Part shown: positions 9,355 through 21,059 of the stretch, piece after piece | Numbering within the stretch: the stretch's first letter is position 1 | Layout of the letters: every line of letters begins with the position of its first letter | Source of the DNA: Pseudomonadota bacterium | Lineage (GTDB): Bacteria; Pseudomonadota; Alphaproteobacteria; Rickettsiales; SXRF01 | Assembly: GCA_038043465.1 (NCBI GenBank) | Contig: JBBTBX010000009.1 | Coordinates: 101,383 to 165,382, forward strand | Length of the DNA stretch: 64,000 bases | Direction of reading: 5' to 3' | The notes under the pieces: model-generated | What the model was told of the DNA's origin: nothing | Databases searched by the model: none | The model's input: only the letters and a program-made list of their open reading frames with translations | Position numbers and translations under genes: made by a program

Positions 9355-10263
9355 ATGTCTTTCCTATCCAAACTAAAATCAGGTTTATCCAAAACCTCTG
9401 GCAAACTTTCCAGTGGTATTGTTGGTATTTTTACCAAGCGCAAGCTGGATAATGACTCGCTGGAAGAGCTGGAAGAGTTGCTAATAGAGGCGGATTTAGG
9501 CGCGCCACTGGCACATGAATTAACAACAGAATTCGCCAAGCAGCGTTTTGATAAAAACATTGAAGCTGGTGAAGTGCGCGAATTTCTAGCTGGTAAAATA
9601 GCTGATATATTGAAGCCCTACTCCATCCCACTGACCACTGACCACCGACCACTGACCACTATCATCATGGTGGGAGTAAATGGCAACGGCAAAACCACAA
9701 CTATCGGCAAACTCGCCAGTAAGTTTAAGAACGAAGGTAAAAAAGTGATGATCGCGGCGGCGGACACATTCCGCGCAGCAGCAGTTGAGCAGATGCAGGT
9801 CTGGGGTGAGCGTTCAAATATTCCAGTAGTCACCGGCGCGTTTCAAGCCGATCCAGCAAGCGTTGCTTTCCAAGCACTCGAAAGGGCAAGAGCGGAAAAT
9901 GTTGACGTGCTATTTATCGACACAGCCGGACGTTTGCAGAATAAATCAAACCTCATGGCGGAATTGCAAAAAATTATAAAAGTGCTGAAAAAAATTGATG
10001 AATCCGCACCCCACCATGTCCTCCAAGTTCTGGATGCCACCACTGGGCAGAATGCGCTGTCACAGGTGAGCACTTTTAAAGAGATGGTAAATGTTACCGG
10101 GCTGATTATCACTAAGCTTGACGGCACTGCCAAAGGTGGGATCGTAGTCGCCCTCGCCCGCGAATCCAAACTTCCAATTCACGCAATCGGCATTGGTGAA
10201 GCGATTGATGATTTAGATGCTTTCAACCCAGAAGATTTTGCCAGAAATCTGGTGGATTTGTAG
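9355..10263 (+). CDS. ftsY: SRP receptor FtsY
   Basis: GVNGNGKTTT, DTFRAAA, DTAGR, TKLDGTAKGG. Confidence 0.97.
   Translation: MSFLSKLKSGLSKTSGKLSSGIVGIFTKRKLDNDSLEELEELLIEADLGAPLAHELTTEFAKQRFDKNIEAGEVREFLAGKIADILKPYSIPLTTDHRPLTTIIMVGVNGNGKTTTIGKLASKFKNEGKKVMIAAADTFRAAAVEQMQVWGERSNIPVVTGAFQADPASVAFQALERARAENVDVLFIDTAGRLQNKSNLMAELQKIIKVLKKIDESAPHHVLQVLDATTGQNALSQVSTFKEMVNVTGLIITKLDGTAKGGIVVALARESKLPIHAIGIGEAIDDLDAFNPEDFARNLVDL
9631..9660 (+). repeat. Heptamer tandem repeat inside ftsY
   Basis: CTGACCA CTGACCA CCGACCA CTGACCA CT, encoding LTTDHRPLTT. Confidence 0.85.
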
Positions 10264-10264
10264 C

Positions 10265-10350
10265 TGTCATCCCGCACTTGATGCGGGATCTAGGGATAAA
10301 ACCAATGACAGAATTGTTGCCATAGATCCCCGATTAAATCGGGGATGACA
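10265..10350. repeat. TGTC-tagged REP doublet (RPE-4/WPE-like)
   Basis: TGTCATCCCGCACTTGATGCGGGATCTAG ... TAGATCCCCGATTAAATCGGGGATGACA. Confidence 0.85.
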
Positions 10351-10389
10351 AGATTCCTTGGACAGGCTGGAGATAACACAAACAATTTA

Positions 10390-11355
10390 TTACTTAATGT
10401 CAAGATAACCACTGCGAAACGGCGAACACGCCAGATAATGCAGGCGTTTGTTCTCGCGGCGGAAGCGGGCAATTCCTTCTAAAATAATGCCGCTGGTGAA
10501 AACTACTCCGCTAAGTAAAATCAACCCGACAACGGCAAAAGCTGTGGGCATACGCGGCACGGTGCTGGTTTCGATGAAAGTTTCGATTAGCGGTATGCCG
10601 AGAATTACCGCGAATAAAAGCATCACCACCGCAATCCACGTAAACATCCGGAAAGGACGGGTTTCACTGAATAACACAACCATGCGCCAGGCGATGCGGA
10701 AGCCATCGCGGAATGTTCGAAGTTTGCTCACCGAACCTTCCGGACGATCACCATAATGGAATGGAATTTCAACAAATGGCAAACGCAAATCTAGCGCATG
10801 TACGCTAAGCTCCATTTCAATTTCAAAACCACGACTTACAGCCGGAAAAGTTTTTACAAATCTTCTGTTAAAAACACGGTAGCCAGAAAAAACATCCTTC
10901 ATCCCACGACGGAAAAGCACTTCGACCAGACGGTTGAACATGCGATTGCCGAAATTATGATAACGCCTTGTTTCATTTTCACCTTGGATACGTGCGCCAA
11001 TAACCATATCCAGCCTCTGTTCCAGCAGTGCATTTATAAAACTATCTGCCGGCTCCGGCGGATGCGCGTTATCGCCATCAGCAAGGATATAAATATCGGC
11101 ATCGATGTCAGCAAACATCTGGCGCACCACATTGCCCTTACCCTGCCTTGATTCACGGCGGACAATCGCCCCTGATTGAGCCGCTAAAGCAGCGGTATTA
11201 TCGGTAGAATTATTGTCATAAACATAGATTCTGGCGGTAGGAAAGCGGACACGAAAAGAGGTCACCACTCCGGCAATAGTCATTTCCTCGTTATAGCAAG
11301 GAAGCAAGATGGCAATAGAAAGATTTTCCGGTATCACATTCTTCTCACAATTCAA
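10390..11355 (-). CDS. Family 2 glycosyltransferase (DPM-synthase-like)
   Basis: LPCYNEE, YDNNSTD, QGKGNVV, ADGD, SGYRVF, two C-terminal TM helices; exact start uncertain. Confidence 0.9.
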   Translation of the reverse strand: MNCEKNVIPENLSIAILLPCYNEEMTIAGVVTSFRVRFPTARIYVYDNNSTDNTAALAAQSGAIVRRESRQGKGNVVRQMFADIDADIYILADGDNAHPPEPADSFINALLEQRLDMVIGARIQGENETRRYHNFGNRMFNRLVEVLFRRGMKDVFSGYRVFNRRFVKTFPAVSRGFEIEMELSVHALDLRLPFVEIPFHYGDRPEGSVSKLRTFRDGFRIAWRMVVLFSETRPFRMFTWIAVVMLLFAVILGIPLIETFIETSTVPRMPTAFAVVGLILLSGVVFTSGIILEGIARFRRENKRLHYLACSPFRSGYLDIK

Positions 11356-11456
11356 TTTCAGATTAGTAAAGTAATATAAACTTGCTAATAATTGGTTAAT
11401 TCATTGAATTATATGAAATTAATTAGACATATCCGCAGGTTGGTTATTTCTATTGA

Positions 11457-11472
11457 TTAACCTTATAGTAAC
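11457..11472 (+). promoter_or_regulatory. CtrA-box-like site upstream of the flagellin gene
   Basis: TTAA-N7-GTAAC, one mismatch to TTAA-N7-TTAAC; AT-rich context allows chance matches. Confidence 0.4.
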
Positions 11473-11564
11473 TAATACAATATATACTATAGTATTATTA
11501 TGAATGGTCGCAGGATGTTTTAGTGACCATGGCGAGTGTATGTCGCTAACGTCAGGAGGATGAA

Positions 11565-12401
11565 ATGAATATAAGCTCATTATCAGGTTTGACTGGTCTT
11601 TCGCAACAGCAAAACCTTCAGAAATCCAGCTCTAAGCTTAGCGCGGTTATCGCTGCTCTTGCCAGTGGCAACAAGCTTACATCTGCCAGCACTGATATAT
11701 CTTCGCTTTCAGTTGCCGGTCAATTACAGGCAGCAGTGAGCGGCCTTAAACAAGCATCAGGAAATCTGGCACAGGCGAGCAGTCTGGCACAAGTCGCAGA
11801 TGGTGGTCTTTCACAAATAAATGAAATAGCGCAGCAGCTGCAGAATCTGGCGCAGCAGGCGCGTTCTCCAATTTTAAATGATGATAACCGTAGAGCTCTT
11901 GGTGAGCAATTTAAGCAACTAACGGCACAAATTGATAGTATCGCAGCGAACACCAGCTTTGGCGGAAAAAAACTTTTAAATGGCGATTTGAATGGTAATA
12001 GCGCGGTATCACTTGATAGCTTGCTTTCTTCCGAAGGCAGTGAATCAGGCAGCCTTTCCATAGAAAATTTTTCCAGTGCCAGCCTGTTTGGTGGCAGCAC
12101 GCTAAATCTTTCCAGCGCGGATGATGCTGCTAATGCTTTTGCTGTGATTGGTGATGCACTGAATAAAGTCACCAGTGGACGAGCTGATGCCGGCTCATTC
12201 TTGCAATCAGTTGATTATGCCGCGGCAAGCATTGACTCAGCGATCGCCAATCAGGAAGCGGCGCGTTCAACCCTTCAGGATACGGATTTTGCTGAAGCTT
12301 CATCGCAGCAATCACAGGCAACCCTGCAACAGAATATTGCCCTTGCCCTCGCCGCACAAGGCAACCGCCTTACCCCTGCATTATTGCAGCTTGTTGGGTA
12401 G
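11565..12401 (+). CDS. Flagellin-family protein (short, divergent)
   Basis: LASGNKLTSASTD, AQVADGGL, IAANTSFGGKKLLNG, ARSTLQDTDFAE; AGGAGG RBS. Confidence 0.85.
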   Translation: MNISSLSGLTGLSQQQNLQKSSSKLSAVIAALASGNKLTSASTDISSLSVAGQLQAAVSGLKQASGNLAQASSLAQVADGGLSQINEIAQQLQNLAQQARSPILNDDNRRALGEQFKQLTAQIDSIAANTSFGGKKLLNGDLNGNSAVSLDSLLSSEGSESGSLSIENFSSASLFGGSTLNLSSADDAANAFAVIGDALNKVTSGRADAGSFLQSVDYAAASIDSAIANQEAARSTLQDTDFAEASSQQSQATLQQNIALALAAQGNRLTPALLQLVG

Positions 12402-12403
12402 AC

Positions 12404-12480
12404 TAGTGAATGGTTATTAGTGGCCGGTGGATGGTGAGAATGACACTAACCACGATTCACTAACCACCAATCACCAACTT
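12404..12480. repeat. Inverted degenerate heptamer arrays
   Basis: Five TRGT-type units, then CTAACCA-type units, right after the flagellin stop. Confidence 0.6.
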
Positions 12481-12555
12481 TCCAAGGAATAGCTTTTGGC
12501 AATCGTCTTACGTTGTGGTAAGTATCAAATAACCACCACAAATAGGAGATGATTT

Positions 12556-14085
12556 ATGAAAAAGCAGCTTTCCCTTCTTTTGCTTAGCAGTGCGCTTGGC
12601 TTTTCAATGCCGGCATTTGCTGATGAAACCGCAATAACTATTTACAGCAAAGCGCAACCAGGAGCAATCAACCCCAACCTGTATCGTCCGGTAAATGGTC
12701 AGGCTGGATATAGCGGTATGAACGTGCCGGGCTATGGGATTGTGCGCCAGATTCGTGATATTGAACTGCCGGGCAAAAGCAACATTATCAAATATAGCGA
12801 TGTGGCAGCGTATATCGACCCAACCACGGTTCAGTTTAAATCACTCACCGACCCGAAAGGTACAAAAGTTGGCGAGCAGAATTACCAGTTTGATTTAGTC
12901 AGCCAGCAGAAACTTCTGGAAAAATATATCGACAAAAAAATTACTGTGGAAAAAATTGTCGGTGATAAGGTTGAAAGCATTCAGGGTACGTTACTAAGCA
13001 CGCAAGGCGGACTGACTGTCAAAACTGATGATGGTGCGGTGAAAGCTATAAATGGTTATTCCAACATTACCTTTCCAAGTCTAAGCGATGGGCTTATCAC
13101 CAAACCCACTCTGGTGTGGAATATTTTTACCGGAACTATCGGTAAGCATAAAAGCGAAGTGAGCTATCAGACGCAAGGAATGACCTGGTGGGCGGATTAC
13201 AACCTGATTTATAATGAAGGCAAAGACGCTAATAACGGCACAGTGGATTTCGGTTCGTGGGTTTCCATAATCAACCAGACTGGCGCAAGTTTTAATGATG
13301 CTAAATTGAAATTGATGGCTGGTGATGTGCAGCAGGTTGCCCAACCGCAAGCATATGCCGGACGAGCCATGGCAATGGAAATGAAAGCAATGGATTCTGT
13401 TGCTGCCGCTCCAGCATTTTCTGAAAAAGAATTTTTTGAATATCATCTATATACTCTGGATACACCGGTAACACTTCCGGATAATTCCACCAAGCAATTG
13501 GAGCTGATTCCAGCCGTTAGCAATGTGCCGGTTGAGAAGCTGATGGTGTTTAATGGTCAGCAAGCGCAATATTGGAATTATGGCGGGATATATATTGATC
13601 AGGGTTATGGTGTGGAAACCGGCAACCGCAAGGTTGATGTATTTCTGAAGCTACTTAACAAAAAAGAAAATGGGCTTGGCGTTCCCCTGCCCTCCGGTAG
13701 AATCCGCGTCAACCAGCGTGATGCAGCCGATGGCAGCCTGGAATTTATTGGTGAAAACATTATTGACCACACAGCGCGCAATGAAGAAATAATGATAAAG
13801 CTCGGCAGTGCTTTTGATGTGGTTGGAGAGCGCAAACAACTTAATTATGTGCTGAACACTAGCAATAAATTTGCTGATGAGGAAATTGAAATAAAAATCC
13901 GCAACCAGAAAAAACAAGCAGTGAAAGTAAAGATTGTAGAAAGCATGTATCGCGCGACGGGCTGGAAAATTTTAGGCAGCAGCGATGAATATGCCAAAGA
14001 CAATTCACATCAGGTTAGTTTTATAGTTGATGTTGCGCCGGAAAAGGAAAAAATCGTTACTTATAAGGTGCGTTATAGCTGGTAG
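12556..14085 (+). CDS. Secreted DUF4139-domain protein
   Basis: Signal peptide; EQNYQFDL, W.ADY, EYHLY, GLGVPLPSGRIRV, GE..IDHT, AFDV. Confidence 0.85.
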   Translation: MKKQLSLLLLSSALGFSMPAFADETAITIYSKAQPGAINPNLYRPVNGQAGYSGMNVPGYGIVRQIRDIELPGKSNIIKYSDVAAYIDPTTVQFKSLTDPKGTKVGEQNYQFDLVSQQKLLEKYIDKKITVEKIVGDKVESIQGTLLSTQGGLTVKTDDGAVKAINGYSNITFPSLSDGLITKPTLVWNIFTGTIGKHKSEVSYQTQGMTWWADYNLIYNEGKDANNGTVDFGSWVSIINQTGASFNDAKLKLMAGDVQQVAQPQAYAGRAMAMEMKAMDSVAAAPAFSEKEFFEYHLYTLDTPVTLPDNSTKQLELIPAVSNVPVEKLMVFNGQQAQYWNYGGIYIDQGYGVETGNRKVDVFLKLLNKKENGLGVPLPSGRIRVNQRDAADGSLEFIGENIIDHTARNEEIMIKLGSAFDVVGERKQLNYVLNTSNKFADEEIEIKIRNQKKQAVKVKIVESMYRATGWKILGSSDEYAKDNSHQVSFIVDVAPEKEKIVTYKVRYSW

Positions 14086-14093
14086 TTATACAA

Positions 14094-14181
14094 ATCCTGC
14101 GGGTGGCAAAAGCCACAGCGCAGGATCTGTTTATAGCCACACGAGATCCTGTGCTGAATGCTCTGCATTCCCACAGGATGG
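14094..14181. repeat. Branched REP-like palindrome doublet
   Basis: ATCCTGCG..GTGGC-AAAA-GCCAC..CGCAGGATCT ... AGATCCTGTG..GAATGC..GCATTC.CACAGGATG between convergent genes. Confidence 0.65.
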
Positions 14182-14186
14182 TAGCT

Positions 14187-15455
14187 CTAATTAACCGAAA
14201 ATATACTCAGTAGAGGCTCGTCTGCCACTTCAACGGTTACATCGGAATAGAAGCCGTTGAAATTGGTACGCATGGTTGCGCCGTAAGCACCGAGTTGACC
14301 AATCTCGATCCAGTCGCCTTCTTTAATATCAGCCGGCAAATGGAACGGACCTTTCATAATATCCATGCTATCGCAGGTAGGGCCGAAGAACCCAAACTCC
14401 ATTAGCTCATCCGACATCTTCCCGGCAGGGCGGATAGCCTGCACCGGATAGGAAAAATTCGGGATTCCGGCATCAAACAGGCTACCATAAGTACCATCGT
14501 TGATGTAGAGCATGTTGCCCTTACGCAGTTCAACACGCACCACCACCGCACCACCTTCGGCAACCAGAGCGCGACCCGGTTCGCAGACAACTTCGCACTG
14601 CGAAAGCATCGGCTGCTTAGCAAGCGCGGCTTTTATTGTATCCATATAATTCATCAGCGGTGGCGGAGTCATGCCCGGATAAATTGACGGGAAACCACCA
14701 CCAATATCCAGCACATCAAGACGCACATCAATCTGGGTGATAAGATCCACTACTGTCTGCATAGCCGCTTCATAAGCATCCGGGTTCATGCACTGCGAAC
14801 CGACATGGAAGCACAGCCCAAGCTTACTGGCTGCCTTGCTGGTCGCCATAATCAGAGATGCTGCTTGTTCGAGTGGCACACCAAACTTTCCTGCCATACT
14901 GTAAGCAGCTTTATCGCTCGCCATAGACAGGCGAACATAAAGGTTCAAATCGTCAGCATAATTGGTGACTTCCAGAATTTTCTGCAGTTCTTCATGTGAA
15001 TCCAGAGAGAAATCACGAACTCCATAATTAAAATAAGCAGCAAAAATCGCCTCACGGTTTTTCACCGGATGCATGAAATACATTTTTGCATTAGGCAGGG
15101 TATCAGCCACAACCTTAACTTCCGCAAGTGACGCCACGTCAAAACGGGTTATTCCGGCGCGGGCGATAATACGCAGCACCTGCGGATCAGGATTGGTTTT
15201 CACCGCAAACATAACCTCACCCGGGAAATTCTCCACAAACCACTTGCTCATTGCCGTAATCACCGCCGGACGCAGGCAATGCACAGGCGCGGTCGGACGC
15301 ATGCTGCTTACCATATCGGACACAGAGGCATAAGCACCCTTCATATTGGAAGGGAGTTGCTGCGTTTTGAGCTTTTTAAGGGGAATGACGTTGGAACGTC
15401 TAGCCAATTTTAAATTGGGGGTGCGAGCCGGAGGCTCACTGGTGGTTTTGTTCAT
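14187..15455 (-). CDS. Type III PLP-dependent ornithine/lysine decarboxylase
   Basis: FAVKTNP, FDVAS, GKFG, FHVGSQ, DIGGGF, EPGR, GPTCDSMD, GAY. Confidence 0.92.
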   Translation of the reverse strand: MNKTTSEPPARTPNLKLARRSNVIPLKKLKTQQLPSNMKGAYASVSDMVSSMRPTAPVHCLRPAVITAMSKWFVENFPGEVMFAVKTNPDPQVLRIIARAGITRFDVASLAEVKVVADTLPNAKMYFMHPVKNREAIFAAYFNYGVRDFSLDSHEELQKILEVTNYADDLNLYVRLSMASDKAAYSMAGKFGVPLEQAASLIMATSKAASKLGLCFHVGSQCMNPDAYEAAMQTVVDLITQIDVRLDVLDIGGGFPSIYPGMTPPPLMNYMDTIKAALAKQPMLSQCEVVCEPGRALVAEGGAVVVRVELRKGNMLYINDGTYGSLFDAGIPNFSYPVQAIRPAGKMSDELMEFGFFGPTCDSMDIMKGPFHLPADIKEGDWIEIGQLGAYGATMRTNFNGFYSDVTVEVADEPLLSIFSVN

Positions 15456-15776
15456 CTAACTTAATACCATATATCTAAAGGTTAAAGTAGTTATGGCTCA
15501 CCGAGCATAATCCCGATAAACCGCCTGCTAGTGCGTTGTTTTTTAACAGAATTTATCACAAAAGGCCTATTTGTTGTTAACGAAACGACTTCTATATATA
15601 GAAATCAAAAATATAATAAAGCAAAAACTGCAAATATATAAGAGTTTTTTTCAAGAATTTTATTAAATCTACGTAATCTGACAAAAACCCTAAATTATTG
15701 AATGACAAGCCCTGAAAAACAGGATACTCCTTTCTAGCAAAATCGAATTAACCATATAAAATAAGGTTTTGCCTAG

Positions 15777-17261
<1,485 letters not shown>

Positions 17262-17265
17262 TAAC

Positions 17266-17377
17266 TTGTCATGCCAGCGTAGGCTGGCATCCAGAAAAAT
17301 AAATCTGGATACCAGACAGCTCAGTTTTTAAAGGACATTTGCAAGCAAATGTGAAAAACTGGCTTCTGGTATGACAA
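17266..17377. repeat. TGTC-tagged REP doublet with expanded arm (family B, copy 1)
   Basis: TTGTCATGCCAGCGTAGGCTGGCATCCAG ... CTGGATACCAG[~50 nt]CTGGTATGACAA; right arm nearly identical to the reverse complement of 22388-22460. Confidence 0.85.
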
Positions 17378-17408
17378 TCTCATTGAATAAGATACAAAGG
17401 CAAGACAA

Positions 17409-18074
17409 GTGAACCGCATATATTTCTTTATCGCCATAGCTATTTTAATTGCCTTTCTTATCGCGCAGTTTCCATATGCTGTTGCAAAAAATGATGATAA
17501 GATGCAACTGGTTTATTCAACTTTGATATTATCCATAGTTGCTCTTGGCGCAAGAAGCCTGCCTTTAAACCAAACCCTAAAATATGTAGCTGCATGGATT
17601 GTTGTATTTTTTATTATAGTGCTTGGCTATAGCTATAAAGATACTATTTTGAACACGCGGATAATGGCGGAATTACTGCCTAACCGCGCGCGGATTAATG
17701 CGGAAGGAAATATTGTTATCCGCGCCAGCCAGAATAAACATTTTCATATTGAAGCGAAAGTAAATGGCGTGCCGGTTAATTTTATGATTGATACTGGCGC
17801 GAGCGATGTGGTGCTTAGTAAAAGCGATGCTGAGCGTGCCGGCATAAATACTGAAGAACTTGCTTATACCCGCACCTATTATACCGCCAATGGCGTAACC
17901 GGTGGCGCGATTATAAAGTTGAAACGCCTGCAGATTGGTGAGTTTATCCTCGATGATTTCCCAGTAAGCGTTAATAAAGGCAAAATGGATGGCTCGCTAC
18001 TCGGAATGAGCGCGCTTAGAGAACTAGGCGGATTCAGGATTGATGGTGACGAGATGGTGATAGGTAAGGATTAA
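17409..18074 (+). CDS. Clan AA aspartic protease (TIGR02281-like)
   Basis: N-terminal TM helices; FMIDTGAS; TANG; SLLGMS. Confidence 0.92.
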   Translation: MNRIYFFIAIAILIAFLIAQFPYAVAKNDDKMQLVYSTLILSIVALGARSLPLNQTLKYVAAWIVVFFIIVLGYSYKDTILNTRIMAELLPNRARINAEGNIVIRASQNKHFHIEAKVNGVPVNFMIDTGASDVVLSKSDAERAGINTEELAYTRTYYTANGVTGGAIIKLKRLQIGEFILDDFPVSVNKGKMDGSLLGMSALRELGGFRIDGDEMVIGKD

Positions 18075-18409
18075 TACATCACCGATGCTCCTCTTTTTCT
18101 TATTACCTCAGGACAATCTCTACACATCGCTTTTACTAGTTCTGGATTAATAATTTCATAAACCGGTTTACTTCCTGGGCTATTAATTGAGGATGACCAT
18201 ACCACACCAAAACCTGCCATCCCTGCAACTTTTTCATAAGCAACTCTAAAAACACAATCATCTCTTTCAAAAACAAGTGCGCCTTGCCGTTTACCATCTC
18301 CACCATTAAGCCCTTTGGTACCGTCAAATTTTACGCCATCATTAGTCAGTAAAATTAAAACTTGCCTAGCTTCTTCTCTTGATAAATTTTCCATGTTAAA
18401 TCTCCACAA
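18071..18409 (-). CDS. Hypothetical protein
   Basis: Open frame with plausible composition; no family recognised; start uncertain. Confidence 0.5.
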   Translation of the reverse strand: MWRFNMENLSREEARQVLILLTNDGVKFDGTKGLNGGDGKRQGALVFERDDCVFRVAYEKVAGMAGFGVVWSSSINSPGSKPVYEIINPELVKAMCRDCPEVIRKRGASVMY

Positions 18410-18582
18410 TTTTAAACTTTATAATATTTTATAAGGCATTATAGCCTTTAACTCTGAGAATAAGTTAGCAGTTTACCAGAGAAAATAGTATTAAGATTTT
18501 GTGACAAGTGTTTGAATATAAGAAAATATATGCTATCTATTTGTAAATAAATGATTTTTAATCAACCATACTATACACCAAT

Positions 18583-19905
18583 ATGACCCCAGGCGCACGC
18601 ATCCAAGCTTCCATCGAACTGCTCGACCAGATATTTACCGCATGGCAATCGGAGAAAAGATTTCCTGCCGATAAAATGCTGGAGCAATATTTCAAGGGGC
18701 ATCGCTATATTGGTTCTAAGGATCGCGGCGCGGTGGCAGAACTCATATATTGGGTGCTGCGCCATAAATCCACTATCCAGTGGTGGCTGGAAAAATATTC
18801 GCAAGCCTCAGATGGCAGGGCATTTATTATGGCAGCGCTGATACTACGCCATGATTTCAATCCGCAGACGATGGAAAGTTTGAGCAAGGACAGCAAATAT
18901 TCGCCAGATAAACTAAGTGACGCTGAGCAAAAATTTATCCATACATTAGTACGGATGGATCTAACCAACCCGGATATGCCCGACCATATCCGCCTGAATT
19001 ATCCTGAGTGGATGGATGAAAACCTGCGTGCTAGTTTTGGTGACAAACTTGCAGAAGCAATGAACGCTATGAATGAACAGGCACCGACCGATTTGCGCGT
19101 AAATACGCTGAAAACCCACCGCGAAAAATTGATTGGGCAATTGCAAGCGGAAGGGTTTGATTGCTCCCCTACCCCATTCTCTCCAATCGGCATACGCCTT
19201 ACTCGGCGCGCTCCGATTTTTACTTCCAAGTTTTTCAAGGAAGGGCATTTTGAAGTGCAGGATGAAGGCTCGCAGGCTGTAGCATTACTGGTTGATGCAA
19301 AACCAAATCACCGCGTGATTGATTTCTGCGCCGGAGCTGGTGGCAAGACTCTCGCCATAGCTGCAAGCATGGAAAATAAAGGGCGGATTCTGGCGTGGGA
19401 CACATCAAAGAAACGCCTCGACCAGATAAATATCCGATTGAGACGTGCTGGCGTACATAATGTGCAGACACATGTTCTGGAATCAGAGCATGATGCTTTT
19501 ATCAAACGTCATAAAGCAACTGCTGACCGCGTCCTGATTGACGTACCATGCAGCGGAAGTGGAACATGGCGACGCAATCCAGATCTCAAATGGAGATTCA
19601 ACAAAAAGGATTTGGAAGAAGTTTGTAAAGTACAGCAAGATATTTTGCAAAGCGCGGCACGATTAGTAAAGCCCGGTGGCAGGCTGATTTATGCAACTTG
19701 TTCAGTGTTTAAGGAAGAGAATGAAAATCAGATTGAGATTTTCTTAAAATCCAGTAACCATTTTAAGGTTGTCTGTGAACAAAAAATATGGAATAAAAGT
19801 CATCCCGCTGACTGTGATAATAATACATCACATTTTCGGGTAGCTCCACACGAAGATGGAGTTGATGGTTTTTTTGCTGCGGTACTAGAACGTCTACCCG
19901 CATAA
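18583..19905 (+). CDS. RsmB/NOP family RNA m5C methyltransferase
   Basis: MTPGARIQA, EVQDEGSQ, DFCAGAGGKT, DVPCSGSG, YATCS, DGFF. Confidence 0.93.
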   Translation: MTPGARIQASIELLDQIFTAWQSEKRFPADKMLEQYFKGHRYIGSKDRGAVAELIYWVLRHKSTIQWWLEKYSQASDGRAFIMAALILRHDFNPQTMESLSKDSKYSPDKLSDAEQKFIHTLVRMDLTNPDMPDHIRLNYPEWMDENLRASFGDKLAEAMNAMNEQAPTDLRVNTLKTHREKLIGQLQAEGFDCSPTPFSPIGIRLTRRAPIFTSKFFKEGHFEVQDEGSQAVALLVDAKPNHRVIDFCAGAGGKTLAIAASMENKGRILAWDTSKKRLDQINIRLRRAGVHNVQTHVLESEHDAFIKRHKATADRVLIDVPCSGSGTWRRNPDLKWRFNKKDLEEVCKVQQDILQSAARLVKPGGRLIYATCSVFKEENENQIEIFLKSSNHFKVVCEQKIWNKSHPADCDNNTSHFRVAPHEDGVDGFFAAVLERLPA

Positions 19906-19934
19906 AAAAATTAAGAAATTAAATATAATCGGGA

Positions 19935-21032
19935 GTGACTATGCTAAATTACCAAATTCAGCAAGTGGGCTTGCTTTCTTATTATCCTGCTGCTGGAAAA
20001 TATATCAAACAGCTTTTCCATCCACGCAGGATTATTATTGCTTCACAGAAGAAAGTGGTGAAATTCACCATCAATATTCCTGCCCAGATTTTTCTATTAT
20101 TGCTCATTGCCAGTTTCATCTTGTGGTCATCATATACGGTTGGGCGTTTAATCGCGGCGAATATCGCGCTGGAAGAAAAAGCCCGAGACCTGCATTTAAC
20201 CAGTCAGTTAGTTACCCAACAAAAACTTGGAGAGATGCTTGTTTCCACTCTGCCGGTTTTGCCCTCCGCAAAGGATAATAAAATTACACTACCTAATCCC
20301 GATCCAAGAAAAGTTGTAATGCTGGAGAAGAAGATTTCTGAGCTGAAAGATTTTAACGAGGAAGTTGCCAAACGCATAAGTACAAAAACAGACGGGCATA
20401 TTGACAATCTGGAGAATATCGTCCGGCAAACCGGATTAAATCCAACATCGATCAAACAAGAATTAAACAAGAATAAAAAACATAGAGATGCGGAAGGTGG
20501 GCCTTACATCCCAAGCTCACTAATAGAAGTTTCTGATAATACACAGAAGATGTTTGACCTGCTTGATGAATTGCAAGATCTGCGACAGATTGTTGCCAGC
20601 CTCCCCTTGTCGCTGCCAATAAAAAATGCACAGGCACATAGCGGTTTCGGGCATCGTTATGACCCATTTAACGGCAATGCGGCGTTCCATTCCGGTCTTG
20701 ATCTTGCCGCTCCCAGCAATTCCGAGATTTACAGCACATCTGACGGAGTTGTGGAAGCAGCTGAGCGTGACCCTGCATATGGAAATATGATCGATATTAA
20801 TCATGGTTTCGGTATAGTAACCAGATATGGGCATTTGAAGAGAATAAATGTTAAAAAAGGTGATAAAGTCAAACGTGGTGACATTATCGGTGTGCAAGGC
20901 AGCACTGGACGTAGCACCGGCGAGCATCTGCATTACGAGGTGCGCTATAATGGTCAGGCCGTTAATCCACAAAAGTTTTTGCAGGCCGGAAAGCTGCTGG
21001 AAGTTAGCAATAGCTCCATACTGGAAGATTAA
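19935..21032 (+). CDS. M23 family peptidoglycan peptidase
   Basis: TM helix and coiled coil; HSGLD, YGHL, GSTGRSTGEHLHYEVR. Confidence 0.92.
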   Translation: MTMLNYQIQQVGLLSYYPAAGKYIKQLFHPRRIIIASQKKVVKFTINIPAQIFLLLLIASFILWSSYTVGRLIAANIALEEKARDLHLTSQLVTQQKLGEMLVSTLPVLPSAKDNKITLPNPDPRKVVMLEKKISELKDFNEEVAKRISTKTDGHIDNLENIVRQTGLNPTSIKQELNKNKKHRDAEGGPYIPSSLIEVSDNTQKMFDLLDELQDLRQIVASLPLSLPIKNAQAHSGFGHRYDPFNGNAAFHSGLDLAAPSNSEIYSTSDGVVEAAERDPAYGNMIDINHGFGIVTRYGHLKRINVKKGDKVKRGDIIGVQGSTGRSTGEHLHYEVRYNGQAVNPQKFLQAGKLLEVSNSSILED

Positions 21033-21059
21033 TCCTTACTCCGTGTACGACACAAGCGA

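Noticed and set aside
15456-15776. Possible riboswitch in the decarboxylase/guaB divergent spacer
   Set aside because: No purine or other aptamer consensus was recognisable by eye.
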